Positions 54,352-57,320 of a DNA stretch of 57,320 nt are shown here, one piece after another (the first letter of the stretch is position 1; each line of letters opens with the position of its first letter). The notes beneath the pieces were generated by a model that worked only from the letters and a program-made list of their open reading frames with translations, was not told the DNA's origin and made no database searches. Source of the stretch: a virus (Duplodnaviria > Caudoviricetes). The stretch is taken from IMG/VR virus record IMGVR_UViG_3300042981_000082, positions 1 to 57,320 of that record. One strand, written 5' to 3'. The translations under genes and the position numbers were made by a program.

Positions 54352-57282
54352 CTACCCGAGCTTCGCCACAAGGCGGTCGATTGCGCTGGATGCAGTCAAC
54401 TCGCCATCGTCGGACTCGTTGATAACGACGGCGCCAGCCTCCACCGTGATGACCTTCTGTGGACCTGATGATACCTGGCCCTTGCCCTGAGCGATGGCTG
54501 ACAGACCACGCACGCTCGGGTCAACCCGATAGAGGGGTCGATCCAGCGGGACGACGGCCTCGGGACCGGCCTCGCCGATCACCCGCAGTGCGGCCTTGGT
54601 CTCGATGGCACCGGCAGCCAGGCGCGGGATCTTGGGGATCGCCGGGATGCCCAACGCGCCGGTCACGTTGTTCACGCTGCCGATCATCCCGTTGATCAGC
54701 GAGATGAAGCCGTTGATAGCGCCGCGCACCGTGCCCTGAATGCCATCCCACAGCGAGGTGAAGATGCCGATGATGTCGTTCCACGCCGCCGACCAGTTGC
54801 CCTTGAAAACGTTCGTGATGAAGCTGATCACGCCCTGGAGAACGGATGTGATGGTGTTCACCACCGGGACCAGCGTTCCCGAGATCATCTGCACCACGGC
54901 CTCGATCACGGGGATCAGGACCTGGAACGCGAGCATGAGGGGCTTCATAGCAATGTTGATCAGCATCACGATCAGCTGCGACAACGGGCCGAGGATGGGG
55001 CCGATCAGCTGGAGCAGCGGTGCAATCAGAGCCAGGATCGGGGTCAGTAGCTGGATGAACAGATCGATCAGCGGGGTGAGGATCGGCAGGAGCATGGTGA
55101 TCAGGTCGATCAGCGGAGTGAGGATCGCCTGGATGATGGGCAGGAACGCCGCGACAAGCTCAGTGATGACCGGGGCCAGGGCCTGGAATACGGGCAGCAG
55201 CAGCCCGGCCACCTGGGTGATCAGCTGGGCGAAGATCGGGATGAGCGGGGTGAGGGCCTGCACCAGCTGGAGGATCACCGTGGCGACGATCTGGAGCACC
55301 CCGCCTGCCAGCGTGGCGAACACCTCGGCCAGCGGCTGGAAGAGCGGGGTGAGGGCCTGGAGCGCCTGGGCAAGTGGGCCGATCAGTGCCGACACGATGG
55401 GGGCCAGGGCGGTGGCGAAGGACACGATCACCGGCACGAGCGCCTGGAGTACGGTGCCCAGTGCCCCGCCGAGCGCGCCGATCAGATCGGCAACGACCGG
55501 GGCGAGCGGCGCGAAGGCGTTCACCAGGTCACCGATGGGGCCGATCAGTCCCTGGACGAGGGCGGTCATCGGGGTCAGGATCGCCTGGACGAATGAGGAG
55601 AATGCTGGCAGCAGGGCCACGATGATGTTGACCAGGGGGCCGAGGGCCGCACCGGCAAGCTGGACCAGCGCGGTCACCAGCGGCCCGACGACGGCAAGCG
55701 CCTGCGAGAAGTACTGGGCGATGGGGCCAAGGATCGGCAGCAGGGAACTGAGCACGGCGCTGAGTGCGGACATGACCGGCGTGAGCGCGGAGCCGAGGGA
55801 ATCCACCATCAGGCTGATCACGGGGGCAAGCTCGGCACCAAGCTCGGCGATGAATGGGATCAACGGGGCGATGGCGTTGGCGACGACGCCGATTGCCTGG
55901 GCCAGGATGTTGAAGATGTCGAGGTTGCCCAGTGCCTCCAGGATCTGACCGACCACCGGCACGACCGCCGAGAGGGTGTTGATCAGGTTCACCGTGGACT
56001 GGATTGTCTCGGGGGTGACCAGCGCGGCAAGGGTCTTGGCGAGCGAGCCGACCAGGCCGGTGAGCGCGGTGAAGATCTCCCGGCCATGCTCGAAGAACAC
56101 CTGGAGCGCGCTCTGGCCCTCGACCGATTTGGTCCACGTGGCGAACTGGGTTGTCAGGCTGAGCAGGGCCTGGCTGAACAGCACCGTCGTCGGCATCGCC
56201 GCCAGGAAGATCTGGCCGATAGCCTTGCCCAGCTGACCGGCGGTGAGGATGAGGTTGCCGAAGATCGGGGCAAACCCGGTGAGGATGTTCTGGAAGTCCT
56301 TCACACCCTCGGTGGAGGTCAGGCCGTCCAGGATCGTCTTGAATGCGCTGTTGGCACTGGAGGCCAGGGCGACGAAGCCCACCTGGAGTGCGGGGAGCAG
56401 GTTGTCGGTGATCCGCTGGATGGAGGGGGCGAGGCCAGCGAACAGCGCGCCCTGGGTGGCCTGCTGCACGTCGCCGAACGCTGCCCCGATGCCCTTGATG
56501 GCAATGGCCGCATCGCGCGCCTCGGGGGCCACGCCGGAGAGATCCTTGGTGATACCACGGAAGCCCACCAGCAGCGTGCCGATACCGGCGGCGGCAGCAC
56601 CGGCGGCGGTGCCCAGCACAGCCAGTCCGCTTCCAGCAGCTGAACCGAGCACGGCGATGTTGGCACCACCGGAGGCGATGGCCGTTGACCAGAAGATCAC
56701 CTGGCGCGTGTTGGTCCGCAGCCCCGCACCGTTCTTCTTCAGCGATTGCGTGTTGCGATCCACCGAGCGGGTGTGCTTGTCGGTGTTCGTCGTCAACTCG
56801 CGCTCACTGGAGGAGAGGCGTTTCAGCGAGGTGTCCACGTTGTTGTTGCCCCGCGCCCACTGGTCCATCAGGCCGGTGATGTTGCGCACATCGCCATCGG
56901 TGATCTGGCCATTGGCGTGCAGGTCACGCAGCGATGCGTTCAGGTGATCGGTGGCCTCACGGGTGCCGCCGAGCTTCTGCGAGAGCTTGTCGAAGCCCTT
57001 GGGATCGGAAACGACCTGGGCCATTTCTCGGGCCAGGTCGTCGAAGCCCTTAGAGACCTCGGCGTTGAACGCATCGCGGAAGTTGACGCCACCGAGCTTG
57101 CCGTTCTTCTTCAGGTTTCCAGCGATGTTCTTGCCGAAGGTGGACATCCGATCCGACCAGCCCTTGCTGAACGAATCGCCACCGATTGCACCGGCCTCTT
57201 CACCGATGCGCTTGGCGTCTGCCGGGGTGCCCTTACCGTCGAGATCGACCGCGATCTCTGCGCGCCCAACGGTTACAGCCAT
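54352..57282 (-). CDS. Tape measure protein
   Basis: 976 aa Ala/Leu/Gly-rich with periodic Pro repeats; C-terminal IPRLAAG...IGEAGPEAVVPL; AGGAGG RBS. Confidence 0.93.
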   Translation of the reverse strand: MAVTVGRAEIAVDLDGKGTPADAKRIGEEAGAIGGDSFSKGWSDRMSTFGKNIAGNLKKNGKLGGVNFRDAFNAEVSKGFDDLAREMAQVVSDPKGFDKLSQKLGGTREATDHLNASLRDLHANGQITDGDVRNITGLMDQWARGNNNVDTSLKRLSSSERELTTNTDKHTRSVDRNTQSLKKNGAGLRTNTRQVIFWSTAIASGGANIAVLGSAAGSGLAVLGTAAGAAAAGIGTLLVGFRGITKDLSGVAPEARDAAIAIKGIGAAFGDVQQATQGALFAGLAPSIQRITDNLLPALQVGFVALASSANSAFKTILDGLTSTEGVKDFQNILTGFAPIFGNLILTAGQLGKAIGQIFLAAMPTTVLFSQALLSLTTQFATWTKSVEGQSALQVFFEHGREIFTALTGLVGSLAKTLAALVTPETIQSTVNLINTLSAVVPVVGQILEALGNLDIFNILAQAIGVVANAIAPLIPFIAELGAELAPVISLMVDSLGSALTPVMSALSAVLSSLLPILGPIAQYFSQALAVVGPLVTALVQLAGAALGPLVNIIVALLPAFSSFVQAILTPMTALVQGLIGPIGDLVNAFAPLAPVVADLIGALGGALGTVLQALVPVIVSFATALAPIVSALIGPLAQALQALTPLFQPLAEVFATLAGGVLQIVATVILQLVQALTPLIPIFAQLITQVAGLLLPVFQALAPVITELVAAFLPIIQAILTPLIDLITMLLPILTPLIDLFIQLLTPILALIAPLLQLIGPILGPLSQLIVMLINIAMKPLMLAFQVLIPVIEAVVQMISGTLVPVVNTITSVLQGVISFITNVFKGNWSAAWNDIIGIFTSLWDGIQGTVRGAINGFISLINGMIGSVNNVTGALGIPAIPKIPRLAAGAIETKAALRVIGEAGPEAVVPLDRPLYRVDPSVRGLSAIAQGKGQVSSGPQKVITVEAGAVVINESDDGELTASSAIDRLVAKLG

Positions 57283-57293
57283 CCCGGCCTCCT

Positions 57294-57320
57294 TTTGCTA
57301 CTTCACATTCTGTCGTGCCG
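57294..57320. repeat. Terminal 27-nt direct repeat (circular assembly overlap), right copy
   Basis: Identical to 1-27. Confidence 0.97.

Noticed and set aside
54740-56100. Repeats in the tape measure gene as a separate element
   Set aside because: They are the normal amphipathic protein-level repeats of tape measure proteins.

Overview
The window is an apparently complete ~57.3 kb, high-GC tailed dsDNA phage genome of actinobacteriophage siphovirus type. Its gene order resembles phages with separate capsid hexamer and pentamer proteins, such as mycobacteriophage cluster B and Microbacterium EC-like phages. The first and last 27 nt are identical, so the contig is circular. The minus strand carries the virion operon: terminase, portal, MuF/protease, membrane proteins, two capsid proteins, major tail, adaptor, a -1 frameshifted tail chaperone and, across the junction, tape measure, minor tails and endolysin. 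The plus strand (18.9-45 kb) carries early and replication genes: DprA, DUF932, an orphan methyltransferase, a SLOG protein, an initiator with internal iterons, a DnaB-like helicase, an LAxTG surface protein, SSB, RusA, Rad52-like, Cas4-like and AAA proteins. No integrase, DNA polymerase or tRNA was recognised. The standout feature is at 35150-36764. A RAMP/Cas7-like gene and a small partner gene are followed directly by a 549-nt non-coding array of 101 GGY-NN pentamers, divided into 10 units by 11 GGCA tetramers. This looks like a non-CRISPR, repeat-encoded RNA-guided targeting system. All product calls rest on motif recognition and synteny by eye; no database search was run.
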